From Chloroflexota bacterium (GTDB taxonomy: Bacteria; Chloroflexota; Dehalococcoidia; Dehalococcoidales; SURF-40): a stretch of DNA of 60,064 bases. Where the stretch lies: positions 1-60,064 of the forward strand of contig JAZDKE010000011.1 of the NCBI GenBank assembly GCA_043803245.1, read 5' to 3'. The notes under the pieces were generated by a model, which was given only the letters and a program-made list of their open reading frames with translations, did no database searches and was not told the origin of the DNA. Below, piece after piece: positions 47,781-56,755 of this stretch (position 1 is the first letter of the stretch; every line of letters begins with the position of its first letter). Position numbers and translations under genes: made by a program.

Positions 47781-48536
47781 TTAAGCCGGCGCATGGTGCT
47801 TGGCCAGAACCTCGGGTGAGAAGTCGGCATTAGAGTAGACGCCCTGGACATCATCCAGCTCTTCCAAACGCTCCAGCAGCTTGAGCGCCTGCAGGGCCGG
47901 TTTCTCCTCCAGCTTAATCAGAGTCTTGGCGACCATCGATAGCTCCGCCGAGTCCACGGGCACCCCGGCGCCTTCCAGGGTCTTCCTCACCTTCTCCGTC
48001 TCCTCCGGCCGGGTGTAAATCTCAAGGTCGCCATCAGCCTTCTGGACGTCGTCGGCACCGGCATCTATGGCCTTAAGCTCCAACTCCTCGGCGTTCTGGC
48101 CACCGGCTTTAACGGTAATCAGACCTCTGGGTTCAAAAAGCCAGGCGACGCAGCCGCTCTCCCCGAGGCTACTGCCGTGCCGGCTGAAGACGTTTCTCAC
48201 TTCTTGCAATGTGCGGTTACGGTTATCGCTGAGTACCTGCACCAGGATGGCGATACCCCCCGGGCCGTAGCCTTCGAGCTTGAATTCCTGGAGAATGGCC
48301 CCATCCACATCACCACTACCCCGCTTGATGGCCCGGTCGATGTTGTCCAGCGGCATGTTGGCATCACGGGCTTTCTGCATCGCCAGACGGAGGCGGAAAT
48401 TGGCCTCGGGGCTGGTGCCTCCCTCGCGCACCGCAACGATAATCTCCCTGGTCAGCCGGGTGAAGAGCTGACCGCGCTTGGCATCAGCGACGCCCTTCTG
48501 GTGCTTGATGGAAGACCATTTTGAATGCCCCGACAT
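47781..48536 (-). CDS. YebC/PmpR family DNA-binding transcriptional regulator
   Basis: MSGHSKWSSIKHQKGVADAKRGQLFTRLTREI. Confidence 0.92.
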   Translation of the reverse strand: MSGHSKWSSIKHQKGVADAKRGQLFTRLTREIIVAVREGGTSPEANFRLRLAMQKARDANMPLDNIDRAIKRGSGDVDGAILQEFKLEGYGPGGIAILVQVLSDNRNRTLQEVRNVFSRHGSSLGESGCVAWLFEPRGLITVKAGGQNAEELELKAIDAGADDVQKADGDLEIYTRPEETEKVRKTLEGAGVPVDSAELSMVAKTLIKLEEKPALQALKLLERLEELDDVQGVYSNADFSPEVLAKHHAPA

Positions 48537-48572
48537 ACCCGTATTCCTCCCGCCAGTTTCAATGATATTCTA

Positions 48573-49184
48573 TCACAAACCGCCCAGGTGGGAAACGTCA
48601 TTGAGCAGCCGCAAAATGCCGCCGGGCGAGTAGGTCTCCACGATGCTGAGCGAGGCCAGGTCCAGGCGGAACTGCCAGCGGTGCTCCAGTCCCAGCCCCA
48701 GCAGCCGGCAGATGAGAGTGCGCAAGGTACCGTTGTGGGCAACCACCAATACCGTCTCGTCCGGGGTGTGCCCCGCCAGGCGGCCGGCGAAGCGGCTCAC
48801 CCGGCGGTTGAAGCGGGCCACCGTCTCCCCACCGGGAAACACCAGATTGAGAGTCCTCTTCTTCCAGAGCCCGGCTATCTCCGGGAAACGCTGCTCGATT
48901 TCGCTGAAGGTAAGGCCTTCCAGCCGGCCAAAGTTAATCTCCCGTAGCTCGGGGCAGCCGGTCACCGTAAGCCGGTGCTTTGAGGCAATGGTCTCGGCAG
49001 TCACCCGGGCCCGGGCGAGGTCACTGGCATAGATGGCACCGATTTTCTCACCAGCCAGACGGTCCCGCAGCCGCTCAGCCTGCTCGAGGCCGAGGGCGCT
49101 TAAGGGAACATCGGTCGCCCCCCAGTAGCGCTCACTGCTCTTGAGTTCCGTCTCCCCGTGCCTGACCAGCAGCAGCCGCGACAA
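48573..49184 (-). CDS. cobC: histidine phosphatase family protein, probable alpha-ribazole phosphatase
   Basis: LLLVRHGET catalytic RHG motif. Sits directly downstream of cobS. Confidence 0.75.
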   Translation of the reverse strand: MSRLLLVRHGETELKSSERYWGATDVPLSALGLEQAERLRDRLAGEKIGAIYASDLARARVTAETIASKHRLTVTGCPELREINFGRLEGLTFSEIEQRFPEIAGLWKKRTLNLVFPGGETVARFNRRVSRFAGRLAGHTPDETVLVVAHNGTLRTLICRLLGLGLEHRWQFRLDLASLSIVETYSPGGILRLLNDVSHLGGL

Positions 49185-49206
49185 TCTAAACCTCCCCGGT
49201 AAAATA

Positions 49207-49953
49207 CTAGGCCAGCCCCAGGTAGACCAGCAGCGAGACCATAACCAGGGTTACCGCTTCGGCAAACTCGCCCGTCGCCCCGTAAGCCGCCACGGTGAGA
49301 CCGCCGAACCGGCCCCTTAAATAAAGGGCCAGGATAGTCACCGCGACCAGCACGCCCAACATCACCACCAGGCCCGGCAGCCTGGCCAGAGCGAAAGTGA
49401 CCGCCAGGGCGGTGAGCGTGGCCACCAGCAAGCCGTACCACCTGGTCCCCCGCTTGAAATCGCCATCTAACCCAGAAGGCCGGGCGCTCTGGAAGCTGAA
49501 GATAGCGTAAACCATCGCCCAGCGTCCCAGTACCGGCATATAAATCAGGGTGGCCAGCCACAGTCCCTGGGGCAGGCTGTCGAGGGCGATGTACTTGAGC
49601 AGCAGCAAAGCCGCCACCGCGATGATACCGAAGCTGCCGGTACGCTTATCGCCGGTTATCTCGAGACGGGCCTCCCGGGTGGCGTGGCCGACCAGACCGT
49701 CGGCGGTGTGGGCGAGACCGTCAAGGTGCCGGGCGCCGGTAATAGCTACCAGGGCGCTCACCACCAGCACGTTCACGAGTGCCGCCGGCAGCAGGAGCTT
49801 GAGCAGCCAGCTGAGACTGGCCAGGAAAAGGCCGATGAGCAGGCCGACCAGCGGGAAAAAGAGGCTCGAGCCGCCCATCTCTTCAAAGCCCGACTGGCGG
49901 CGGAGAGGTAGCGGTATGGTGGTCAGGTACTTGAGCGCCACCAGGAACTTCAA
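49207..49953 (-). CDS. cobS: adenosylcobinamide-GDP ribazoletransferase (cobalamin synthase)
   Basis: MKFLVALKYLTTIPLP..., multi-TM, HLDGLAHTADGL motif. Confidence 0.88.
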   Translation of the reverse strand: MKFLVALKYLTTIPLPLRRQSGFEEMGGSSLFFPLVGLLIGLFLASLSWLLKLLLPAALVNVLVVSALVAITGARHLDGLAHTADGLVGHATREARLEITGDKRTGSFGIIAVAALLLLKYIALDSLPQGLWLATLIYMPVLGRWAMVYAIFSFQSARPSGLDGDFKRGTRWYGLLVATLTALAVTFALARLPGLVVMLGVLVAVTILALYLRGRFGGLTVAAYGATGEFAEAVTLVMVSLLVYLGLA

Positions 49954-50080
49954 ACTGCCCTCCTCAATCTGGAGTCGGCTGGAAACTTTACCGGCTATAT
50001 TGTAAACTATTTCAGGGTGGCGTAATAGTCGCTGCCTGGTATTGCGGTCCCGGTCAAGAAATGGTCCACACTAAATCGCT

Positions 50081-50752
50081 ATGGAAATCACGCTGCTAGT
50101 CGCCTTTACCGCCGGCCTGCTGGCCTTTCTGTCGCCCTGTGTCCTGCCGATGGTGCCCGTCTACCTCGCCAGCGTCTGCGGCCCGCAAGTCCTTGACCCT
50201 GCGGCCGGGCGGGGCCGGACGATGGTGCTACGCCACACCCTGAGCTTTATCCTGGGATTCTCCCTGGTCTTCATCGCCATGGGCACCGTAGCCGGTTTCG
50301 CCGGTTTCGCCCTGAGCTCCCGCACTGCCGTCCGCGACCTGGGCGGCGGCCTGCTGGTCCTCTCCGGTCTCTTTGTCCTGGCCAGCCTGAAGTTCCCGTG
50401 GCTTAACTTCCAGCGGCGGCTCAACCTCTCTCCCGGGGGCACCACCGGCTACCTGCGCTCCCTGATGGTCGGGATTATTTTTTCTCTGGCCTGCGCGCCC
50501 TGTGCCATCGCCCTCCTGGGCGGCACCCTTGCGCTGGCCTTAAGCGCCGCCGCGTGGTGGCGGGGCAGCTACCTTCTGGCCACCTTTTCAATGGGCATCG
50601 GTCTGCCCTTCATCATTATCGGGCTGAGCTTTGACGTTCTCGCCCCGTGGCTTAAGAGACTGGAACGGCATTCTCTCAAGCTGCACATCGCGAGCAGCCT
50701 GCTGCTCGTTATCGTCGGGGCCAGCATACTTGCGGGCTGGCTGGGAGGTTAA
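50081..50752 (+). CDS. ccdA: cytochrome c biogenesis / thiol-disulfide transporter CcdA (DsbD family)
   Basis: FLSPCVLPMVPVYL motif and a second Cys in LACAPCA. About 6 TM segments. Confidence 0.88.
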   Translation: MEITLLVAFTAGLLAFLSPCVLPMVPVYLASVCGPQVLDPAAGRGRTMVLRHTLSFILGFSLVFIAMGTVAGFAGFALSSRTAVRDLGGGLLVLSGLFVLASLKFPWLNFQRRLNLSPGGTTGYLRSLMVGIIFSLACAPCAIALLGGTLALALSAAAWWRGSYLLATFSMGIGLPFIIIGLSFDVLAPWLKRLERHSLKLHIASSLLLVIVGASILAGWLGG

Positions 50753-50859
50753 ATTGTCCTTTATGGTATCATCAGAGTTATTAATATCGGCGCCTTCAAT
50801 GGTTTTGACGAGATAGAAAATAAAACCCGCGGGATTTCGTCCCGGCAAGGAGTAACTGA

Positions 50860-51183
50860 ATGAGTGACGTTCTGGATGAAGCCTACGCCATCGCCCAGTA
50901 CAAAGACTGCCCCTGGTACAAGACCTGCGTCTCACCGATGAAGTTCACCGCCGAAGACCTGCGCCGCCAGATGGAGCAGGGACCGGCTGGTCTAAACCCC
51001 GGGGGGCAGATGGACCAGAACACGCAGAACCTTATCGCCAGCATGGCCACCGCCGCCCAGAACTCGCTGCTGGAAGCCTGCCCCGTCTTCATTAACCGGT
51101 TACGCTCCAGTCCCCGGCTTGCGCAGATAGTGAAAAAGGCGATGCGGGAGTGGGAGTCATTACCGGCCGGTGCCGCAGATTGA
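50860..51183 (+). CDS. hypothetical Cys-containing protein (107 aa)
   Basis: AAGGAG SD and GC3-rich codons. No family recognised. Confidence 0.5.
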   Translation: MSDVLDEAYAIAQYKDCPWYKTCVSPMKFTAEDLRRQMEQGPAGLNPGGQMDQNTQNLIASMATAAQNSLLEACPVFINRLRSSPRLAQIVKKAMREWESLPAGAAD

Positions 51184-51351
51184 CCAGCCGCTAAATTCCT
51201 GATATGGTAGGCATCGGAAAGCTCGAAAATCACCTTGAGCCTGATAGTGCTAGAAACGCGGCAAATCGCCGTTAAAAGATATATCTGGCCGGTTTAGTCT
51301 CCCCCGAGTCCATCGCGACTAACGGCGGCCAGGAAAGTTTGAGCGGACAAG

Positions 51352-52053
51352 ATGGCGGTCAGCCTGGAATTATTAAAACGCAACCACTACTTCGCCGGGG
51401 TTTCTCAACCGGAAATCGAAACCATCAGCCCGCATGTCTTTGAGAAGACCGCCGCCCGGGAACAACCCATCATATTCGAAGGCGAGCCAACCAGCGCTCT
51501 CTACTTCGTGGTCTCGGGGGCGGTGAAGGTCTTCAAGACTTCCGCCGATGGTAAAGAGCAGATTCTGGAAATCGTGCTGCCCGGCGGCTCCTTCAATGAT
51601 GCCGCGGTATTAGTCGGCGGGCCAAACCGCTATAGCGCCCAGGCAATGGGCTCCGTGGTCCTCTACGGCCTGCCCGCGAACAAGCTCGATGCGATTCTAA
51701 GGGACTACCCCCGTGTCGCCCGCAACGTCATCCGGGTGCTCGCCAACCAGTTACTTCACCTGACCTCACTGGTTGAAGACCTTTCCTTCCGCACGGTGAG
51801 CGGCCGCACCGCCAGGATTCTGCTCGACTACGCCACGGCGGGCAACACCGGCGGGCGGCCTCTTACCCAGCGGGAGATGGCCGCCATGGCCGGCACCGCG
51901 CGGGAAGTGGTGGGGCGGTCCCTCAAACACCTGGAAGACCGCGGTGCCATCAGCATCAACCGCCACCGTATTATCATCAACGACCGGGAAGCCTTGAAAA
52001 AACTGGCGGGGACCGCCGATGAGACGGAAGTCACAGACAGCCAAAGATTATAG
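51352..52053 (+). CDS. Crp/Fnr family transcriptional regulator
   Basis: cNMP-binding-like beta-roll (IIFEGEPTSALYFVVSGAVKVF) and C-terminal HTH (TQREMAAMAGTAREVVGRSLKHLED). Confidence 0.9.
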   Translation: MAVSLELLKRNHYFAGVSQPEIETISPHVFEKTAAREQPIIFEGEPTSALYFVVSGAVKVFKTSADGKEQILEIVLPGGSFNDAAVLVGGPNRYSAQAMGSVVLYGLPANKLDAILRDYPRVARNVIRVLANQLLHLTSLVEDLSFRTVSGRTARILLDYATAGNTGGRPLTQREMAAMAGTAREVVGRSLKHLEDRGAISINRHRIIINDREALKKLAGTADETEVTDSQRL

Positions 52054-52061
52054 ATGATAAC

Positions 52062-52289
52062 ATGACTTCTGGAGGACATAGCTTGTTTGAAAGACCGGTG
52101 ATTGACCCGGCCAAGTGTGACGGCTGCGGGGTGTGTGTGAGCGTCTGCCAACCGGCTGCCCTGGTCATCGTGGGCGGCACCGTCAGTTTTTCGGCGACCG
52201 GGGACTGTCCCTGGTGCGGTGAATGCGAAGCGGTCTGCCCCCGTGGTGCCATCACTTGCCCCTATGAAATCATCTTCAGAGAGGGCTAG
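52062..52289 (+). CDS. 2x[4Fe-4S] ferredoxin
   Basis: CDGCGVCVSVC and CPWCGECEAVCP motifs. Confidence 0.85.
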   Translation: MTSGGHSLFERPVIDPAKCDGCGVCVSVCQPAALVIVGGTVSFSATGDCPWCGECEAVCPRGAITCPYEIIFREG

Positions 52290-52491
52290 AGGTTAATCAA
52301 GCCCGAATCTGACCTTGCCGAAAACATTTCATAGACCCGATACTGGTCACTTCTCTCACCGGAAGCGGTTCCCATCTTCGTCAGAAATGAGATAAAAGTC
52401 ACAGACAATCCCCGGCTTCTAGCCTAAAATTACTCTTTGTGAGAAGTGAACGGCTTTACCTTGACGAAACTTCTCAGCAAGGGGGAAAGCC

Positions 52492-52749
52492 ATGACGATA
52501 AGGTTAAAGGGCTGTCCTAAATGCCGCGGAGATGTCCGGATTGACCGCGACGAGTATGGCTGGTTCGAGCAGTGTATCCAGTGCGGCCACACGCACGACC
52601 CGGAAGCCATCGCCGTTCACCCCCGGAAGGAACACCCGCAGAAGAGCGAAAACTGGTTCCAGGGGAGCCTCGAGCTACATCCGATTAAACCTTTCGCTCT
52701 GCCACCCTGGGTCAGCAGCGAAAAGAAAGCCAAGTCCGCACCGCGTTAA
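52492..52749 (+). CDS. small zinc-ribbon protein (85 aa), paralog of 42811..43014
   Basis: AAGGGGGA SD. GCPKCRGDVRIDRDEYGWFEQCIQCGHTH followed by a Lys/Pro-rich tail. Confidence 0.6.
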   Translation: MTIRLKGCPKCRGDVRIDRDEYGWFEQCIQCGHTHDPEAIAVHPRKEHPQKSENWFQGSLELHPIKPFALPPWVSSEKKAKSAPR

Positions 52750-52763
52750 CCGGCGAGCCAACG

Positions 52764-53561
52764 TTAATAACGTTTTCCCGGAGTTTGGCATGGCAGAGCC
52801 GGTTTTTCCGGCGACTCCTGCCAGCGTATGACCCGGCTGGTCCAGACCTGCGCGATGGCGGCCTCTAAAGTCGCCTGTCGGGGACGGCGCACGTCCAGCC
52901 GGTAGGGCAGGCTGCGCCCGGCCACCAGCTTGCTGAAAGGGCACTGCTTCTGGAACTCCGCAAGGGTAAACCGCTCGCCGCCGTAAACCAGGTAGTCCAG
53001 CCGCCCGAGATAAGGCTCAATCTGCTCCCGCATGTGGCCGCACACCCGGCTGAAGAAGGCTTCCATCTGTTTTTCCCGGTGACGGGCAAAACGCGCCTGG
53101 GAAGAGCCCCCCTGTCTATGGCGGGCGTGCACCAGGCCGGTACCCACCTTGCTCGCCACCAGCTTCTCCCCCTGGAAGACGCCCACCGCATAAGCGCCCA
53201 GACGCAGCAGCACCAGGCCGATGGTGAACTCGGCTTCGAGCATCGTCCGCAGCGGCGCAACAAAGTAACCCGCGAAAATTGTTTTTCCCTTGATGGGAAA
53301 AGGCGGCAGCACCACCAGGCGGTAAGACTCCCCCCAGAAAAGGACGGCGCCGGTGCGAGAGCTCAAAACGCGCGCCAAATCGAGCGTTACCGGCTCCGGT
53401 CCCAGCACTTTCGATGCCAGCTCGGCTATTTCCCCGGCGGGGCTATCCGGCGGCAGATAAAGCGACCCGGCCTCACCGCTGGCAGCCTCAAGCTCACCGA
53501 GCAGGTCGAGAATCTGCCTTCTTTTCAACCGGTTTTCGCTCATAACTAACATTGACGACAT
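52764..53561 (-). CDS. Vms1/ANKZF1-like release factor (VLRF1-type peptidyl-tRNA hydrolase) candidate
   Basis: Core LVLLRLGAYAVGVFQGEKLVASKVGTGLVHARHRQGGSSQARFARHRE matches the VLRF1 pattern (hydrophobic strand-G-FA-F ... R-x-Q-GG-S-Q). ATGs at 53561, 53552 and 53543. Lies 40 nt downstream of the mutS2 stop on the same strand. Confidence 0.6.
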   Translation of the reverse strand: MSSMLVMSENRLKRRQILDLLGELEAASGEAGSLYLPPDSPAGEIAELASKVLGPEPVTLDLARVLSSRTGAVLFWGESYRLVVLPPFPIKGKTIFAGYFVAPLRTMLEAEFTIGLVLLRLGAYAVGVFQGEKLVASKVGTGLVHARHRQGGSSQARFARHREKQMEAFFSRVCGHMREQIEPYLGRLDYLVYGGERFTLAEFQKQCPFSKLVAGRSLPYRLDVRRPRQATLEAAIAQVWTSRVIRWQESPEKPALPCQTPGKRY

Positions 53562-53601
53562 TGACTACTACCGCAAATCCGAAATGGCGGCAAATTCAGG
53601 T

Positions 53602-55962
53602 CTATTTCAGACTGACTACCGTCGCTCCGTCCCCACCCTCACCCCGACCTCCGGGCCGGAAGGAATCGACCAGAGGGTGGGATGCGAGCAAATCGCGGAC
53701 AATCTGGCGCACCACGCCGGTGCCGATGCCATGAATGATACGCACCTCGTTCAAGTCCGCCAGGCAGGCATCGTTAAGGTAGGCGTCTACCGCCGGGGGC
53801 ACCTCATCAGCCCGCTTGCCGCGCAGGTCAAGCTCCAGGGACACCGGCTTTAAGCTGAGGCGAGCCCTCACCGGTGCCGGCAGTGTGGGAACCGGTGCCC
53901 CGGCTGCCACCCTGATGACACCGTCCATGCCCACCCTCACCCTGGTGACCCCCGCCTGGACTTCGACCTGGCGATTTTTTTGGTCAATGGACAGGACCGT
54001 GGCCTCAAGACCGATGCCACCCAGCCAGACACGGTCACCGACCCTGACTTCCGACGCTTCACCGGCGGGCGGACTTTCACGGGCAACCGACCTCGCCGGC
54101 GGCCTGAGCTTTCCCCGCACCGAGGCCAGGGCTTCCCGCGCCTGTGCGATACCCTGTTCCGATTTTGCCTTCTTTAACCCGGAGGCAGCCTGACGGATGA
54201 GCCTCTGAAGCTCGGCTGCCTCGGCGACCACGCGGTCCCTGGTCCCGCCCAAAATCGCCGCTTCGCGCTCCTTAAGACTCTGCCGGGCTATTTCCATCTC
54301 CCTGGTTAAGTCCTGCGCTTTTTTCTCCCCGCTCTCCAGGTCACGGCGCAGCGTTTCCAGCCGCTGCTTTTCCCGGTTTAAATCGGCGAGCAGTGCTGCC
54401 ATGTCCTGGCTGCCCTGGCCCATCATGCCGCGCGCCGCCGCCACGATTGGCTCCGGTAAGCCCAGGCGGACGGCGGTGACCAGGGCGTTTGAGCCGCCGG
54501 GGATGCCCACCGTAAGGTGATAGGTCGGCGCCAGGGTCACCGGGTCAAAGTCCAGGGACGCATTCTGAAGGCCCGGCGTCCGGTGGGCGAAGGCCTTAAG
54601 CTCGTTAAAATGCGAGGTGGCCATGACGAGGGTACGGCGCGTAAGAAAATGAAGCAATATCGCCCGGGCAAGGGCAGCCCCTTCTTCGGGGTCGGTGCTG
54701 GCGCCCAGCTCGTCAAGGAGCACCAGGCTCCCGGCGGTCGAGTTTGCAATGATTCGAATCAAATTGCCGAGGTGCCAGCTGAAGGTGGAGAGCGTGCTCT
54801 CGATGCTCTGCTCGTCCCCGATGTCGGCGAAGACCCCGTCGAAGACCGGGATGACGCTCCCGCTGGCCGCCGGGATGGGCAGGCCGGCCAGGGTCATCAG
54901 TGCCATCAAACCGACGGTCTTCAAGGCCACGGTCTTGCCGCCGGTATTGGGGCCAGTAATAACCAGGGCGGAAAAGTCGCGTCCAATCTCCACCGAGAGG
55001 GGCACCGCCTTATCTCTGAGCAAGGGGTGCCGGGCGCTAACCAGCCTGAGGGCGGCACCATCCGGTTGCCCGCCAAAATCGGTGATGGCGGCCTCCTCAG
55101 CTTTGAACCGGGCGGCAAACCTGGCCTTGGCCAGGGCCAGGTCAACCGCCGCGAGGCGAGCAACGTTCCTCGATATCTCGGCAGCACTGGCGCCGACCTC
55201 GGCGCTCAAGGCCCCCAGAACCCTATCAACTTCCCGTTTTTCGGCAACCGCCAGCTCCCGCAGCTCGTTGCCCAGCTCGACGGTGGCCAGAGGCTCGATA
55301 AAAACCGTGGCGCCGGTGTTGGAGACGTCATGGACGATGCCCCGGAACTCCTTTTTCAGCTCCGCCCTGATGGGCACCACGTAACGCCCCTCGCGCTCGG
55401 TAATAACCGCCTCCTGAAGAAAGCGCTGGCTGCGGCTCGACCTGATGATGGTATCCAGGCGGCGGTGTAGCCTTTCGCGCTGTTCGATGAGCTTGCGGCG
55501 CAGGCGGGACAGCTCCGGCGAGGCCGAATCCAGCACCTCGCCGGTAACGCCGATAGTGCCGGCGATACGCGCTTCAAGATGGGCTAAAACCACGATATCC
55601 CGGCCTAAATCCCAGAGAAGGGGGAAGCTGTCCGCCCGCTTCTGGAGGCCGTCACGCAGGCGGCGGGTGATGGCCATGGTCTGCTGGACGGCGAGCAGGG
55701 TCTGGGGCTCAAGCACCTTGCCCCTGGCCGCTATCCCGGCGGCCTCGCGGACGTCGCTGGCGCCGCCCAGGGCAAAGCCGGCTTCCTGAGCAAGCAGGCG
55801 GCGGGCCTCAGCCGACTGTCCCAGCCCGCGAGTGACCATGGCCGGGTCCGGGGAAGGCTCCAGGCCAAGCGCCAGCTCGCGGCTGGCGGCAAAGTCGGTA
55901 AAGCCGGCCAATATCTCGCGCACCTTGGGGAATTCCAGTATTTCGAGGCTTTTGCTATCCAA
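53602..55962 (-). CDS. mutS2: endonuclease MutS2 (MutS ATPase plus C-terminal Smr domain)
   Basis: LEILEFPKVREIL N-terminus, Walker A ITGPNTGGKT, DELGASTDP, C-terminal Smr LDLRGKRADE...IIHGIGTGVVR. Confidence 0.93.
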   Translation of the reverse strand: MDSKSLEILEFPKVREILAGFTDFAASRELALGLEPSPDPAMVTRGLGQSAEARRLLAQEAGFALGGASDVREAAGIAARGKVLEPQTLLAVQQTMAITRRLRDGLQKRADSFPLLWDLGRDIVVLAHLEARIAGTIGVTGEVLDSASPELSRLRRKLIEQRERLHRRLDTIIRSSRSQRFLQEAVITEREGRYVVPIRAELKKEFRGIVHDVSNTGATVFIEPLATVELGNELRELAVAEKREVDRVLGALSAEVGASAAEISRNVARLAAVDLALAKARFAARFKAEEAAITDFGGQPDGAALRLVSARHPLLRDKAVPLSVEIGRDFSALVITGPNTGGKTVALKTVGLMALMTLAGLPIPAASGSVIPVFDGVFADIGDEQSIESTLSTFSWHLGNLIRIIANSTAGSLVLLDELGASTDPEEGAALARAILLHFLTRRTLVMATSHFNELKAFAHRTPGLQNASLDFDPVTLAPTYHLTVGIPGGSNALVTAVRLGLPEPIVAAARGMMGQGSQDMAALLADLNREKQRLETLRRDLESGEKKAQDLTREMEIARQSLKEREAAILGGTRDRVVAEAAELQRLIRQAASGLKKAKSEQGIAQAREALASVRGKLRPPARSVARESPPAGEASEVRVGDRVWLGGIGLEATVLSIDQKNRQVEVQAGVTRVRVGMDGVIRVAAGAPVPTLPAPVRARLSLKPVSLELDLRGKRADEVPPAVDAYLNDACLADLNEVRIIHGIGTGVVRQIVRDLLASHPLVDSFRPGGRGEGGDGATVVSLK

Positions 55963-55992
55963 AAGAGCTACCCGCTAATCAAATAACGGCAC

Positions 55993-56490
55993 TTAAAAGA
56001 GTCGGAATTTCGCCGGCGGCCGACGGTACCCCTCGTCCCCGGGCCGGTCAGGCACTCGGGCGGCCTCATTGGCGAGCTGGTCACAGCGGAGGTTTTCGGC
56101 GCTGCTGTCGTGGCCCTTCACCCAGAGGAAGTCCACCTGGTGTCGCTGGCAAATGCCAAGCAACCTCGCCCAGAGGTCGGCGTTACGGGCGGGTTCATTC
56201 TTGTTGCGCCGCCACCCCATCCGCTGCCAGCGCAGCGCCCAGCCTTTGGTCATAGCATTCACCAGGTAAGACGAATCGCTGTGGAGCACCACCCGGCACC
56301 TTTCTCCGAGCGACTCAAGGGCGGCGATGGCCGCCATCATCTCCATGCGGTTGTTGGTGGTCTCCTTGAAGTTGCCTTTTAGCTCCCGGCGCTGGCCGTT
56401 AGCCAGAATAAGCGCGGCGTAGCCCCCCGGGCCGGGGTTGCCCAGGCAAGCGCCATCGGTATAAACGGTGACCGCTTTCAAATCTTCCAT
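55993..56490 (-). CDS. rnhA: ribonuclease HI
   Basis: VTVYTDGACLGNPGPGGYAA, TNNRMEM, HSDSSY, WVKGH. Confidence 0.92.
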   Translation of the reverse strand: MEDLKAVTVYTDGACLGNPGPGGYAALILANGQRRELKGNFKETTNNRMEMMAAIAALESLGERCRVVLHSDSSYLVNAMTKGWALRWQRMGWRRNKNEPARNADLWARLLGICQRHQVDFLWVKGHDSSAENLRCDQLANEAARVPDRPGDEGYRRPPAKFRLF

Positions 56491-56550
56491 AGCTTAAGCA
56501 TTATAGCACCGAGTTAAGGAAAGTGGCTACGGCTGACCCGCTGCCCCCGT

Positions 56551-56579
56551 TTGCCCTCCCGCCCGCGCTTTGCTATAAT
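56551..56579 (+). promoter_or_regulatory. promoter TTGCCC-17 nt-TATAAT with extended -10 (TGCTATAAT)
   Basis: TTGCCC 56551-56556; TGCTATAAT 56571-56579. The first ATG is 9 nt downstream. Confidence 0.5.
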
Positions 56580-56587
56580 GGTCGGGT

Positions 56588-56746
56588 ATGTCAGCCCCAG
56601 AGAGAAAGAAAAATATGCCCGTTAAGAAGAAAGTAGAGCCCAAGCTCCCCGACCTGGCGACCTTCATCGCCAGCGTCAACAAAAAGTCCCACGCCAACGG
56701 CAAAAAAGTCCGCTTCGGCTTCACCAAGCGCAAGCGGCAGGGCTAG
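56588..56746 (+). CDS. small lysine-rich basic protein (52 aa; or 43 aa from ATG 56615), below ORF-track cutoff
   Basis: MSAPERKKNMPVKKKVEPKLPDLATFIASVNKKSHANGKKVRFGFTKRKRQG. Strongly GC3-biased codons like neighbouring genes. Stop TAG at 56744-56746. Confidence 0.45.
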   Translation: MSAPERKKNMPVKKKVEPKLPDLATFIASVNKKSHANGKKVRFGFTKRKRQG

Positions 56747-56755
56747 CCCCGGTAC

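Noticed and set aside
49954-50080. Cobalamin riboswitch upstream of cobS
   Set aside because: The spacer is only ~127 nt. No B12-box-like core was recognisable on the cobS strand. It is more likely just the divergent cobS/ccdA promoters.
56527-56733. 68-aa minus-strand ORF
   Set aside because: It has no SD and a poor codon pattern. The opposite strand carries a better-supported small basic ORF with its own promoter.
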